Positions 35,404-43,087 of a DNA stretch of 43,337 nt are shown in pieces (the stretch's first letter is position 1; each line of letters begins with the position of its first letter). The stretch covers positions 1 to 43,337 of the IMG/VR virus record IMGVR_UViG_3300043220_000029. One strand, given 5' to 3'. The notes below the pieces were generated by a model that saw only the letters and a program-made list of their open reading frames with translations, made no database searches and was not told where the DNA came from. This stretch comes from a virus. Lineage: Duplodnaviria > Caudoviricetes. Both the position numbers and the translations under genes were made by a program.

Positions 35404-35627
35404 GCCCCCTCCATTCTCGGACTCCATGCGTGCTTGAGGCCGCAGTGGTTACAGGTATGTGCCACGCCGCTCCGAGCGTCGCGCCGCCACAACAGGTAGC
35501 GGCAGCGCCTTCGCCCACAGCACCGCTGCTTCGCACGCACTGGCCGGTAGTACCGTCCGCATATAGGGCAGCGCGGTAAAAGCGTTGCTGCGCTTCTCCG
35601 TGGCTTCCTAGCGGGCATCGTCACCAC
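35400..35627 (-). CDS. Small Cys-rich zinc-finger protein
   Basis: CPIC, CCGRRRC and CNHC motifs. Confidence 0.5.
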   Translation of the reverse strand: MVTMPARKPRRSAATLLPRCPICGRYYRPVRAKQRCCGRRRCRYLLWRRDARSGVAHTCNHCGLKHAWSPRMEGA

Positions 35628-36436
35628 AACGCCTCCTGGCCCTCCTGGGGCTGCGCGGGGACGAGGGGCAGCGGCATCACCGCCTGCGCCATGCGCTTAG
35701 CGGCGATCTCGCAGTAGCGTTCCTCGATCTCGATGCCGATGGCCCTACGGCCGAGATCCTTGGCTGCGCGGAGCGTCGTGCCGGAGCCCATGAAGGGATC
35801 GAGGATAAGGTCGCCAGGGTTGCTGTGAATCTGCATCCAATGGGACACGACCTCGAGGGGCTTCTGTGTTGGGTGCCTACGCTTCTCGTTCGTGTTCTGG
35901 CATCGCCAACCCGAAACAATCGGAGCAGCAACCGTGTTCTTGGTTGCACCGCTGGCGTTGAATGTCCAGCTCCCACCCTTCGTCTGCCACACCGCCATCT
36001 CAACTGACCGCTGGTAGAGCCCACGAAAATTAGGGGCGGGGTTAGCCTTTAGCCAATACAGTAAGCAGCGATGATCAAGGCCGGACTGCAGATAAGCTGC
36101 GAGAAGGAACTCCGAAGTGAAGGCGATTAGGGAGCCGCCATCGCAGAGCAGACGTCGCGTCTCCGAGAGCAACGGCGTTGCATCCCAGTCATAGTCCCAT
36201 TCACCGAAGTCTCTCTTGATTTCGCGGTAGCTCTCTGAACCGTCAGCCCGCGCTCCTGTGATGACATGCTTTCGCTTCACCCGGCCAATCGTCGTGTTGC
36301 CGCGACCATTGCGAGCACTCACGTTGTATGGGGGGTCGGTCAGCACCAAGTCCACGGGCTCTGTGAGCTGCAGCAGCACCTCGCGGCAGTCGCCGTGGTA
36401 GATCATCACCGCCTCATCCTCGTAGTAGGGCTTCAC
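35621..36436 (-). CDS. N6-adenine/N4-cytosine DNA methyltransferase (beta class)
   Basis: TDPPY precedes HPTQKP and DPFMGSGTT; GTG start coupled to the upstream stop. Confidence 0.92.
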   Translation of the reverse strand: MKPYYEDEAVMIYHGDCREVLLQLTEPVDLVLTDPPYNVSARNGRGNTTIGRVKRKHVITGARADGSESYREIKRDFGEWDYDWDATPLLSETRRLLCDGGSLIAFTSEFLLAAYLQSGLDHRCLLYWLKANPAPNFRGLYQRSVEMAVWQTKGGSWTFNASGATKNTVAAPIVSGWRCQNTNEKRRHPTQKPLEVVSHWMQIHSNPGDLILDPFMGSGTTLRAAKDLGRRAIGIEIEERYCEIAAKRMAQAVMPLPLVPAQPQEGQEALW

Positions 36437-36942
36437 TGTTGCCTCCACACCACGACCGCCGAGGGGAATGGCGCAGGCCCCGTGGCTCCACCGAACTTGA
36501 GGCGGCCAGGCAGGAAGTGAAGCTCCGCTAGTCGCGGGTGAGCGTGCAGCATCCCCGCGCCAGCCCACCCCCTCACGATGTATCTCTGCCAGACCTTGGT
36601 ATCGGTGCGCGAAGGGATGAGCGCCACTACCAACTCCGCGTTGCCACACTCCACCTCACTCACCGCCTTGTCGATCCACTTGGGCATCTCGCGGCCATAG
36701 GGCGGGTTCATGTAGACCTTCCCGTACCAGGGCTGAAGCAACCCGTCCATCGCCTCGGTCGAGCCGTCGTAGAAGCCGCCGCCCTTGTGGGCGATGCGCC
36801 AGGCCGTGTAGTGGTGCTCTCGCTGTCCACAGGGGTCAAGGTCGAACGGCCCGAACTCATCCCAGAGCCGGTCGAACAGGTCCTTCGGCGTCTGCCAGTC
36901 CGTGCTCTGAGCCTGTAGCATATAGCCTCGCTCAGCCATCAC
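36433..36942 (-). CDS. Phage DNA N6-adenine methyltransferase (phage Dam-like family)
   Basis: DWQTP, FDLDPC, MNPPYG, RTDT and GRLKFG...APFPS motifs. Confidence 0.9.
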   Translation of the reverse strand: MMAERGYMLQAQSTDWQTPKDLFDRLWDEFGPFDLDPCGQREHHYTAWRIAHKGGGFYDGSTEAMDGLLQPWYGKVYMNPPYGREMPKWIDKAVSEVECGNAELVVALIPSRTDTKVWQRYIVRGWAGAGMLHAHPRLAELHFLPGRLKFGGATGPAPFPSAVVVWRQQ

Positions 36943-37199
36943 GACGACCTCGCATCCACGCCCGGCACCGGCGCCAGCTCAACCTTCTTTCGCGGGCAGT
37001 GACGCTCGCAGTGCTGCGCCTCGATGCGGCCGTACTCTTCAGGCTGTTCGGTCATCAGCCGCCGGCAGCGAATACAGGAGAGCATGAAGCAGGCGGAACA
37101 CCTCGGCCTGGGCCGGAGCTCGCCTCGCTTCCGGGCAGCGGCAACTCGCCGGCGGTGAGCGGCAACGGTCTGTTTAGCCATCCCACTCATCATCCTCAA
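36939..37199 (-). CDS. Hypothetical Cys-rich protein
   Basis: CSAC..SCIRC...HCERHC. Confidence 0.5.
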   Translation of the reverse strand: MRMMSGMAKQTVAAHRRRVAAARKRGELRPRPRCSACFMLSCIRCRRLMTEQPEEYGRIEAQHCERHCPRKKVELAPVPGVDARSS

Positions 37200-37419
37200 A
37201 GGGCCGGGGCCCCGCCTTTGTTACGGTTGGCGCAGGCTGACAGCAGCCCCTCAATTCAAGCCCCCGCTTCATGCCGGCGTCGAAGATATGGCGGAGCTGC
37301 TGTCGCAGATCGCCGACTGGCAGAACGGCATGGATGATCCGACGCTCGCCTCCTGGCAAGGAGTTAAGCATCGCCTGAAACGCCGCGTCGTCTTCCTCTT
37401 GGCCTATCGTCTTAGCCAC
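37174..37419 (-). CDS. Hypothetical protein
   Basis: Overlaps the MTase end; GGAGG upstream. Confidence 0.5.
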   Translation of the reverse strand: MAKTIGQEEDDAAFQAMLNSLPGGERRIIHAVLPVGDLRQQLRHIFDAGMKRGLELRGCCQPAPTVTKAGPRPFEDDEWDG

Positions 37420-38470
37420 GCCGTCCCTCCATGATCAGCCGCCCGACGTGCTCCGCGACCTGGGGGACGACTGCATTGCCGAGTCCTCTAAGTCGGTCCA
37501 CCCGAGCGGGAACCCCATGAGCCACTCGACCCACGTCGGGTTCAACTGCCCACCAATCTGCGTCCGTAGGTTGTCCCCGCCATCCCTGCCCGAAGAGCCG
37601 GGACCACCCATCCCATCGCTCTGCGTCGGCGTCGGCCATCGCTTCACCGCTTGGCTCAAGTCCACCTGGCGCTTCTTGCCGTCCGGCGTCATCCCCGTCC
37701 GCGTCGTGCCCTCCGGTAGCGTGCGGCCGACGCTGGGAAGGCTTGGTGTCGGCCACATATCCGGCCTCTGCCTGGCTGCCTCCACTGCTTGCGTCAGATA
37801 GTAGCTGTGATGGCTCCCCGTCAGAAGGTTCTTGACCTTGGCGCTGTCCGGTCCCGCACCCGGCATCTGGGCCGCTGGCGTGGGCCACGATGAAGACCCG
37901 ATCGCGGATGTGCGGGGCGCCGAGGGCTGCTGCTGGTATATGATCCCATTCCGCATCGTAGCCGCTCTCGGCCAGGTTCCTGAGCACTCCTCCAAAGAGC
38001 CGTCCAGCGTCGATTGATAGTAGCCCTGGTACGTTCTCAACCAGGACCCATCGGGGCCTAACCTCGCGTATGATTCTGTGGAACTCCGGCCAGAGCCAGC
38101 GATCGTCTTCGGCACCCAGTCGCCGGCCAGCGTGGGAGACGGGCTGGCAGGGGAAGCCGCCGCAGATGAGGTCGACGGGCGCGAGCGTTTCACCGCGTTG
38201 TGCAGTGTCTCGCCCCTGTGTTGTCCCAGCCAACTCGATCCGCTGGCCCTGAACCCCTGATCGTTGTCGTTGGCTCTCGGCGTCGGCCACCGCTGTTCCG
38301 TGACAGTCTCGTACATCGCCGTATCGAACAGCGTTGGGGAAGTGTCGGGTGAGGACTCGTCTACACCACTCATCGACCTCTACCTGCCAGACGATCTCCA
38401 TGCCAGCGCGTTCCAGCCCCAGGTCCATGCCGCCGATGCCAGAGAACAGCGAGCCGACGCGCATCGTCAT
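37412..38470 (-). CDS. C5-cytosine DNA methyltransferase, main polypeptide
   Basis: Motif I LFSGIGG, IV GGFPCQ, VI ENV, VIII PHIRDRVFIVA and X LGNAVVP. Confidence 0.93.
   Translation of the reverse strand: MTMRVGSLFSGIGGMDLGLERAGMEIVWQVEVDEWCRRVLTRHFPNAVRYGDVRDCHGTAVADAESQRQRSGVQGQRIELAGTTQGRDTAQRGETLAPVDLICGGFPCQPVSHAGRRLGAEDDRWLWPEFHRIIREVRPRWVLVENVPGLLSIDAGRLFGGVLRNLAESGYDAEWDHIPAAALGAPHIRDRVFIVAHASGPDAGCGTGQRQGQEPSDGEPSQLLSDASSGGSQAEAGYVADTKPSQRRPHATGGHDADGDDAGRQEAPGGLEPSGEAMADADAERWDGWSRLFGQGWRGQPTDADWWAVEPDVGRVAHGVPARVDRLRGLGNAVVPQVAEHVGRLIMEGRRG
37435..38373 (-). CDS. Nested alternative-frame polypeptide of the C5-MTase (WPTP repeats plus motif IX-like segment); start uncertain
   Basis: Four WPTP repeats and LNPTWVEWLMGFPLGWT; the main frame lacks a recognisable motif IX. 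Confidence 0.7.
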   Translation of the reverse strand: MSGVDESSPDTSPTLFDTAMYETVTEQRWPTPRANDNDQGFRASGSSWLGQHRGETLHNAVKRSRPSTSSAAASPASPSPTLAGDWVPKTIAGSGRSSTESYARLGPDGSWLRTYQGYYQSTLDGSLEECSGTWPRAATMRNGIIYQQQPSAPRTSAIGSSSWPTPAAQMPGAGPDSAKVKNLLTGSHHSYYLTQAVEAARQRPDMWPTPSLPSVGRTLPEGTTRTGMTPDGKKRQVDLSQAVKRWPTPTQSDGMGGPGSSGRDGGDNLRTQIGGQLNPTWVEWLMGFPLGWTDLEDSAMQSSPRSRSTSGG

Positions 38471-38646
38471 CAGCCACGCTGTCCCTCCCGCACCACGCTA
38501 GCCAGCCGCGACGCATCGCCGAAGCTGAGCCGGGTGGTCGCCCCAGCGGGGAAGCGGCGCACCAGCTTGCACTTCCGGTAGCGGCCCCACACGGAGGGCG
38601 TGCCGTGCGGCGTAGCGATGCGCCAGCGATGGCGGCAATCAGGCAC
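38470..38646 (-). CDS. Small protein, C-x-H-x-W-x-I...P.G..S..G...C pattern
   Basis: Hand translation MPDCRHRWRIATPHGTPSVWGRYRKCKLVRRFPAG...; stop coupled to the MTase start. Confidence 0.5.
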   Translation of the reverse strand: MPDCRHRWRIATPHGTPSVWGRYRKCKLVRRFPAGATTRLSFGDASRLASVVREGQRG

Positions 38647-39052
38647 GGGCGGCCTCGCGCCAGCGAATGTCGTAGAACGCCACCACGCTCACCACCTCGT
38701 CGTCATCCCATGAGCCGTAGAGTCCACGCCACGCCTGCCTGAAGTCTTCTAGGTCCAGGTAGCCCTCACACCTAGCATCAAACCTGTCCATGTCTCCTAG
38801 CTGCTGCATCCAGGTTCCCATCACCCTGGCCGTGCCGAGGTATTCGCCCTGGTGAACGATGGTGATCCGTGAGCCGAGCCGTTTCTTCAGCCAATACTTG
38901 TTGCGCCTGCGCGTCACGGTCTTGCAGCCCTCGCGCATCGCCTGGACCGACTCCGGTAGATCAAAGCGGATTGGGTGCCCCCTCTCGACGCCAAGCCCTG
39001 GAACTACGGCTTCGCTCAGCTCGGCAGGTTTTACAGTCTCGCCCTGTTCCAT
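38639..39052 (-). CDS. ASCH domain protein (start uncertain)
   Basis: IRF...GCKTVTRR, DARCEGY..LEDFRQAW..LYG and V.VVAF motifs. Confidence 0.8.
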   Translation of the reverse strand: MEQGETVKPAELSEAVVPGLGVERGHPIRFDLPESVQAMREGCKTVTRRRNKYWLKKRLGSRITIVHQGEYLGTARVMGTWMQQLGDMDRFDARCEGYLDLEDFRQAWRGLYGSWDDDEVVSVVAFYDIRWREAARA

Positions 39053-39542
39053 CCGGTTTGATATAGGTATTGGCTTTGTCGTATGAATGGCCGTGGGGAC
39101 AGTGAGTCCTTGCTCGCCCACGCGCTCGCTGGACTGCTGGTAGGCACCCACGTAGAGTATTGACGCTTCGGGGCACAGCCTCGATGTGGCTAGAGCGAAT
39201 GCACGGTGGAGTGCGGCAGAGATGATCAGATTCTAGATTTCTGGGCATTGGATGACCATGCTCATCCTCGTATGCCCAACGATGTGCGAGAACCTTCCGG
39301 CGCTTTGCGCCATCCCAGAAGCGCCCGTAGCCAAGACGATCTTTGCTCCCAGTCCACAGCCAGCACGCGCCCAAGTGTGGAGCGTCAGCAGGAACAGGGC
39401 CACCCTTATTGACTTGCAACCAGAACCGTTCGGGCGTTCGGCGCTTAGCCTCTTCATGAATCCACACTCGAAAGCAGGGGTAGCATTGAGTCGCCTTCAA
39501 GTTGGCCTTGGGGTGAGAACAGGCGGTAGGATGAGGGCGCAT
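38961..39542 (-). CDS. HNH homing endonuclease
   Basis: CWLWTG...GYGRF...AHRWAYE...DHLCRTPPCI...HIEAV...N plus C-terminal THCPHGH...RDCKTC; AAGGAG RBS. Confidence 0.9.
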   Translation of the reverse strand: MRPHPTACSHPKANLKATQCYPCFRVWIHEEAKRRTPERFWLQVNKGGPVPADAPHLGACWLWTGSKDRLGYGRFWDGAKRRKVLAHRWAYEDEHGHPMPRNLESDHLCRTPPCIRSSHIEAVPRSVNTLRGCLPAVQRARGRARTHCPHGHSYDKANTYIKPDGTGRDCKTCRAERSRSSRAWRREGAPNPL

Positions 39543-39659
39543 GGGAAGCTTACTCCTTCCTGTGTCATGTGGCCGGACGCTCACCGCGTCGCGGCCACGT
39601 TCTTTCTGTAGCACACTCATTCTAACACACCCCAAGCTGCATGGGCATACCCGCGAACC

Positions 39660-40127
39660 TCATGTGCTCTCCGCCTCGCCGGACAGGGCGGCGCGGTCAC
39701 GCGGGATAAGGTCATGGAGTCCGCAAGTACAGGGCTTCTGGGCAAAGAGGGGTTGCGAGCCAAAGAGACAGGTAGGCTCATGTGCGCCGTAGCGTTGCAG
39801 CGCCGCTAGGAGCCGCGCTACCTCGTCCTGCGCCACGGGCTGGCCAGCGAGATCGGCTTCAGCCTGGGCTGCAACTTCATGGACGCAGTAACAGGCGTCG
39901 GGATGATGGCTACAGCCTGGATGCGCGGCTCTCTCTAGCGCCTCCACCAGCGCCCCCCCCTTGGCGGCTTGGGCGTCTAGCCAAGCAATGAGATCGATAG
40001 CATCGGCTTGGTGGAGCATGAAGATATCGTCTCCATCCTCGCTCCGAAGCTCGCTTGCCAACCACCCTCGGATGTGCTCATCCGTCGGCACCTCCGTCGT
40101 GCGTGGCGCTGTGGGGTCGGGGGTCAT
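39660..40127 (-). CDS. Hypothetical protein
   Basis: ATGA coupling; YGAH...C...CTCGL motif. Confidence 0.55.
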   Translation of the reverse strand: MTPDPTAPRTTEVPTDEHIRGWLASELRSEDGDDIFMLHQADAIDLIAWLDAQAAKGGALVEALERAAHPGCSHHPDACYCVHEVAAQAEADLAGQPVAQDEVARLLAALQRYGAHEPTCLFGSQPLFAQKPCTCGLHDLIPRDRAALSGEAEST

Positions 40128-40369
40128 GGCTGTTGCCGTTGGCGCGACCGAAGCGTGCGCCCACATTTGCTACAACCGCCGCCACGCTCCTTGTATGCCC
40201 CGAAGGTCTCGGGCCCATACCAGCCCCAGTCCTCTGCTACGCTAAAAGGGTCATTTTCTTGAACCACCTGAACGACCCCTCGCCCACACATCGTCGTTCT
40301 AATACCAAGTAGCTCATGCACACTCGCCCCGGATCGAGTCAGCGCAAAGCTCTGCTTCTCACTCATCGT
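40124..40369 (-). CDS. Hypothetical zinc-binding protein
   Basis: VH...TMCGR...CSKC; GGAGG RBS. Confidence 0.55.
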   Translation of the reverse strand, partial: TMSEKQSFALTRSGASVHELLGIRTTMCGRGVVQVVQENDPFSVAEDWGWYGPETFGAYKERGGGCSKCGRTLRSRQRQQP

Positions 40370-40491
40370 CCCCTCCCTCTGTGGCCTCTGCCACACGGCG
40401 GAGCAGCCACTTCACAATGAGCACGACGCAGACAAGGGGTAGGCTTAGCAGGAACAGCGGATCGTACCAACTGATCAACGGCTCCTTGGCG

Positions 40492-40806
40492 TCAACTGCC
40501 ATCGCTTTGCTCCTCTACCCCCAGCGCCTTCGCGTAGTCGCGGAGCAGAGTACAGGTCTTACACCCCATAACTGCATACGCCATGAGATTCACAACGCCG
40601 AACTCGCCTGGGCTTAGGTGGCCCGTTATACGATGCTCGCGCACCAGCGCCTTCACGGTGGCTAGGGGTCGCCCAGGGCCTCCGAAGGTATCGCGGAGTG
40701 TGTTGTCGGCATCGCGCTCCTCTTGTGTGCGAGTGAACCACGGGGGCCTCGCCGCCTCAGCCAGCCGCTCCACCTCGGCCTCTAGGCGGGCTGGGAGGTC
40801 GTTCAT
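40492..40806 (-). CDS. Hypothetical protein
   Basis: ATGA coupling; H...CKTC. Confidence 0.55.
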   Translation of the reverse strand: MNDLPARLEAEVERLAEAARPPWFTRTQEERDADNTLRDTFGGPGRPLATVKALVREHRITGHLSPGEFGVVNLMAYAVMGCKTCTLLRDYAKALGVEEQSDGS

Positions 40807-41051
40807 GACAGGGCCTCGATGCGCTTGCGTAGCTCAGCCTCAAGCATCGTCCACGACATCGGCCCCAGTTTGTCTTGAGCCGACTGCATCGCTGCGGCCA
40901 CGCCCTCGGCGGCCTCATCCAGCACCGCTAAGGCCAAGGCGCGAGCCCGCGCTACAGTAGTGGCGCAAGAGATACACGTTCCCTGCTCGCCATGCGGTAG
41001 AGCCGCCAGCACATCGTTCTGCAAGTCGTTCCACGCCTCGTCGATACTCAT
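40803..41051 (-). CDS. Hypothetical protein
   Basis: AAGGAGG RBS before MSIDEAW. Confidence 0.55.
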   Translation of the reverse strand: MSIDEAWNDLQNDVLAALPHGEQGTCISCATTVARARALALAVLDEAAEGVAAAMQSAQDKLGPMSWTMLEAELRKRIEALS

Positions 41052-41119
41052 CTCGCCTCCTTGTAGGGCATTGCCAGCAGCGCCACGACGCCTGCTAGGT
41101 CCGGGCTGGGCAGCATCAC

Positions 41120-41377
41120 TCACCTCCGGGGGCCGTGGCGGGGGTCGTCGGCCTTGGCATTCGCCGCTGCGATCCGCTGGGCTGCTGGGCATTCTGGAGC
41201 AGGCTCCGAGTGGGCATGGAGCCCCATCTCCGCGACATACCCCACGCGCCCACCACACTCGTTGCAGGCTTCCCCATCACGGGTGAAGGCCCAGTAGAGG
41301 GCATCGAGGTTCCCCGTGGCGTAGCAAAGTCGGCACGGCACGTGGCGCTTGCCGTTACAGCTTGGGCAGTTCATCAC
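41120..41377 (-). CDS. Small CxxCxG zinc-finger protein
   Basis: CPSCNG, CRLC..TG and CNECGG; GAGGAGGT RBS. Confidence 0.55.
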   Translation of the reverse strand: MMNCPSCNGKRHVPCRLCYATGNLDALYWAFTRDGEACNECGGRVGYVAEMGLHAHSEPAPECPAAQRIAAANAKADDPRHGPRR

Positions 41378-41615
41378 TCACCTCCTCGCTCGCACCCACG
41401 CGCTGGGCGGGGGTCATCGGCATCTCCAGAGCAGGGTGATGTATGGCTACCCGCTCAGGCATAGCCGAGGTGGTCTGCGACTCGTAGATCAGCACCAACC
41501 CCGAAGTAACTCGGCGCGCAACGAGATCGCGACACATCACGTACCTCTCCTCGATCAGCTTCCAGTTGTCCGTGTCCTTCATTATCTGGGCGGCCTTCCA
41601 CGCTTCTTTGCTCAC
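41355..41615 (-). CDS. Hypothetical protein
   Basis: GAGGAG RBS before GTG (VSKEAWK). Confidence 0.45.
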   Translation of the reverse strand: MSKEAWKAAQIMKDTDNWKLIEERYVMCRDLVARRVTSGLVLIYESQTTSAMPERVAIHHPALEMPMTPAQRVGASEEVSDELPKL

Positions 41616-41619
41616 GGCA

Positions 41620-41865
41620 CTACTCCTCGCCACCAGCAGCCTTGGCCTCTTTGTGCTGCTCCATAAACGTGTCGGCGCGGGCGACAGCTTGGCACCAAAT
41701 GTTGTGTTCCTCACACTCAACGTCATGGCGCATCCTTTCGTGGTAACGCCACACCGGCTCGTAGAGCGCAAGAATGAGTCGTCGGGTGTCGCGTTTGTAT
41801 GAACGGCTGTACTGCTTCTTGGCACCCGCCTTACGAAACCAGGATAAGAATCGTGATGGTGTCAC
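41620..41865 (-). CDS. Hypothetical protein
   Basis: GTGA coupling; GAGGAG RBS. Confidence 0.45.
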   Translation of the reverse strand: MTPSRFLSWFRKAGAKKQYSRSYKRDTRRLILALYEPVWRYHERMRHDVECEEHNIWCQAVARADTFMEQHKEAKAAGGEE

Positions 41866-42596
41866 GGCATCACTCCTCTGTACCAGCAGCCGAGGTAGTT
41901 GCCGTCCTCGTCTTGGAGGCCGCCCCAGCCCCCGGACCCGCCGGGGTGCTCGATGGCGTTGGCCCACCAAGCGACGTTCGCACCGACGTGGTACGGGTTT
42001 CGTGGATCGTTGAGCTTTGTATTTCCCACAGCCCTTCGCCAGGAATCGACATGAAACTGCGCTCGTGAGACGTATCCGTTTGCGTAGTATCCGTCCCACT
42101 CCGAAGATTCACAAGGAAGGACATCCTCGATGAAGTGCCGGAGCCATGCTGGGTTGCCGTCATAGTCTAGGTAGCCCTCCGCGAACTGTTGCCAGTCGGC
42201 TCCGAGGAGCGAGCGCCATTCTTCTTGCGGCAAATCGTACAGCTCTGCATCCAGTGGGCGTTGATGTTCATCGCCCACTCTGGGTTGTGGAATGTCCCGC
42301 CCCAGTTGTCCGGTCGAACGTGCAGGCCCAGCCTCGTGATGATCCATTGCCTTCGGCGCCACCCGCGCAGCCACCGCCAGGCCAAGCAGCTCGCGGCGAG
42401 GATCAGCAGCGCTAGGCGGAGCAGCATCTAGCGACCGTGGCCCTGGCACCAATTGGGACAGCGACTCCCGTGCGCCCACTCGGCAAGACGCCTCATACCG
42501 TGATAGTAAGCCCACACATACAGCTTCTCTCGCATCATTCCCTCCCATCGTCGCCATCGCCCCCAGCAGCAGCGCCCCCAGGAGCCAGCGGCCTAT
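41862..42596 (-). CDS. Lysozyme-like transglycosylase (Rpf/SLT-like) with hydrophobic N-terminus; possible ATA start
   Basis: VLPCESS...RAQFHVDSW...DP.NP...GW...CW; frame is open upstream to an ATA with AGGAGG RBS. Confidence 0.55.
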   Translation of the reverse strand: MGRWLLGALLLGAMATMGGNDAREAVCVGLLSRYEASCRVGARESLSQLVPGPRSLDAAPPSAADPRRELLGLAVAARVAPKAMDHHEAGPARSTGQLGRDIPQPRVGDEHQRPLDAELYDLPQEEWRSLLGADWQQFAEGYLDYDGNPAWLRHFIEDVLPCESSEWDGYYANGYVSRAQFHVDSWRRAVGNTKLNDPRNPYHVGANVAWWANAIEHPGGSGGWGGLQDEDGNYLGCWYRGVMP

Positions 42597-42982
42597 ACGC
42601 GAGCCTCCTGCGGCTCATAGACCCATTGCCGTGCAATCTCACATAGCGCGACAAACACAGCGTCCTTGTCGCGCTCCAGTTGCCCTAGATCGGCGTATGG
42701 CACAAGGTCGGGGTGAATCTTAGCCTCTCGGTCGTACACCTCTCCGTACTGCCAGCCCATGCCGAGATATGCCTGCATCCAGCTTCCATGCAGCTCTTCA
42801 GGGGATCGTGAACGGTGCCCCCCACACTGGCGCTCGATCACATCTAGGAACTGCTCACGGAACGCCGGTTCTCGCTCCTGCCACGGCACGGGTATGATTG
42901 GAGCCCTCGCCGCTATTGCTGCTAGGCGTGCAGCGTTGTATACGAACTCGGCGCGGCGTTCCATCAATTCACTCATCGTCAT
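42593..42982 (-). CDS. RyR-domain-like protein
   Basis: SPEELHGSWM...GWQYG..YD...K.HPDLVPY.DL...ER.KD matches the RyR repeat pattern; AAGGAGG RBS. Confidence 0.75.
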   Translation of the reverse strand: MTMSELMERRAEFVYNAARLAAIAARAPIIPVPWQEREPAFREQFLDVIERQCGGHRSRSPEELHGSWMQAYLGMGWQYGEVYDREAKIHPDLVPYADLGQLERDKDAVFVALCEIARQWVYEPQEARV

Positions 42983-43087
42983 ATCGCCTCCTTGCGTAGC
43001 TTCGTCTCGCCTGTGGCGTCGCCGACCGGCTTGGCATGGGCTCGGATAGCACCCCCGGTCAGCGACGCTCCAGGTGGGAGGAAACTG

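Noticed and set aside
38961-39660. Group I intron around the HNH gene
   Set aside because: No recognisable P7/core elements or room for a catalytic core; treated as free-standing.
14-43049. Numerous plus-strand and nested ORFs in the six-frame track
   Set aside because: Antisense or out-of-frame shadows expected at high GC; they lack RBS and motifs. The exception is 37435-38373.
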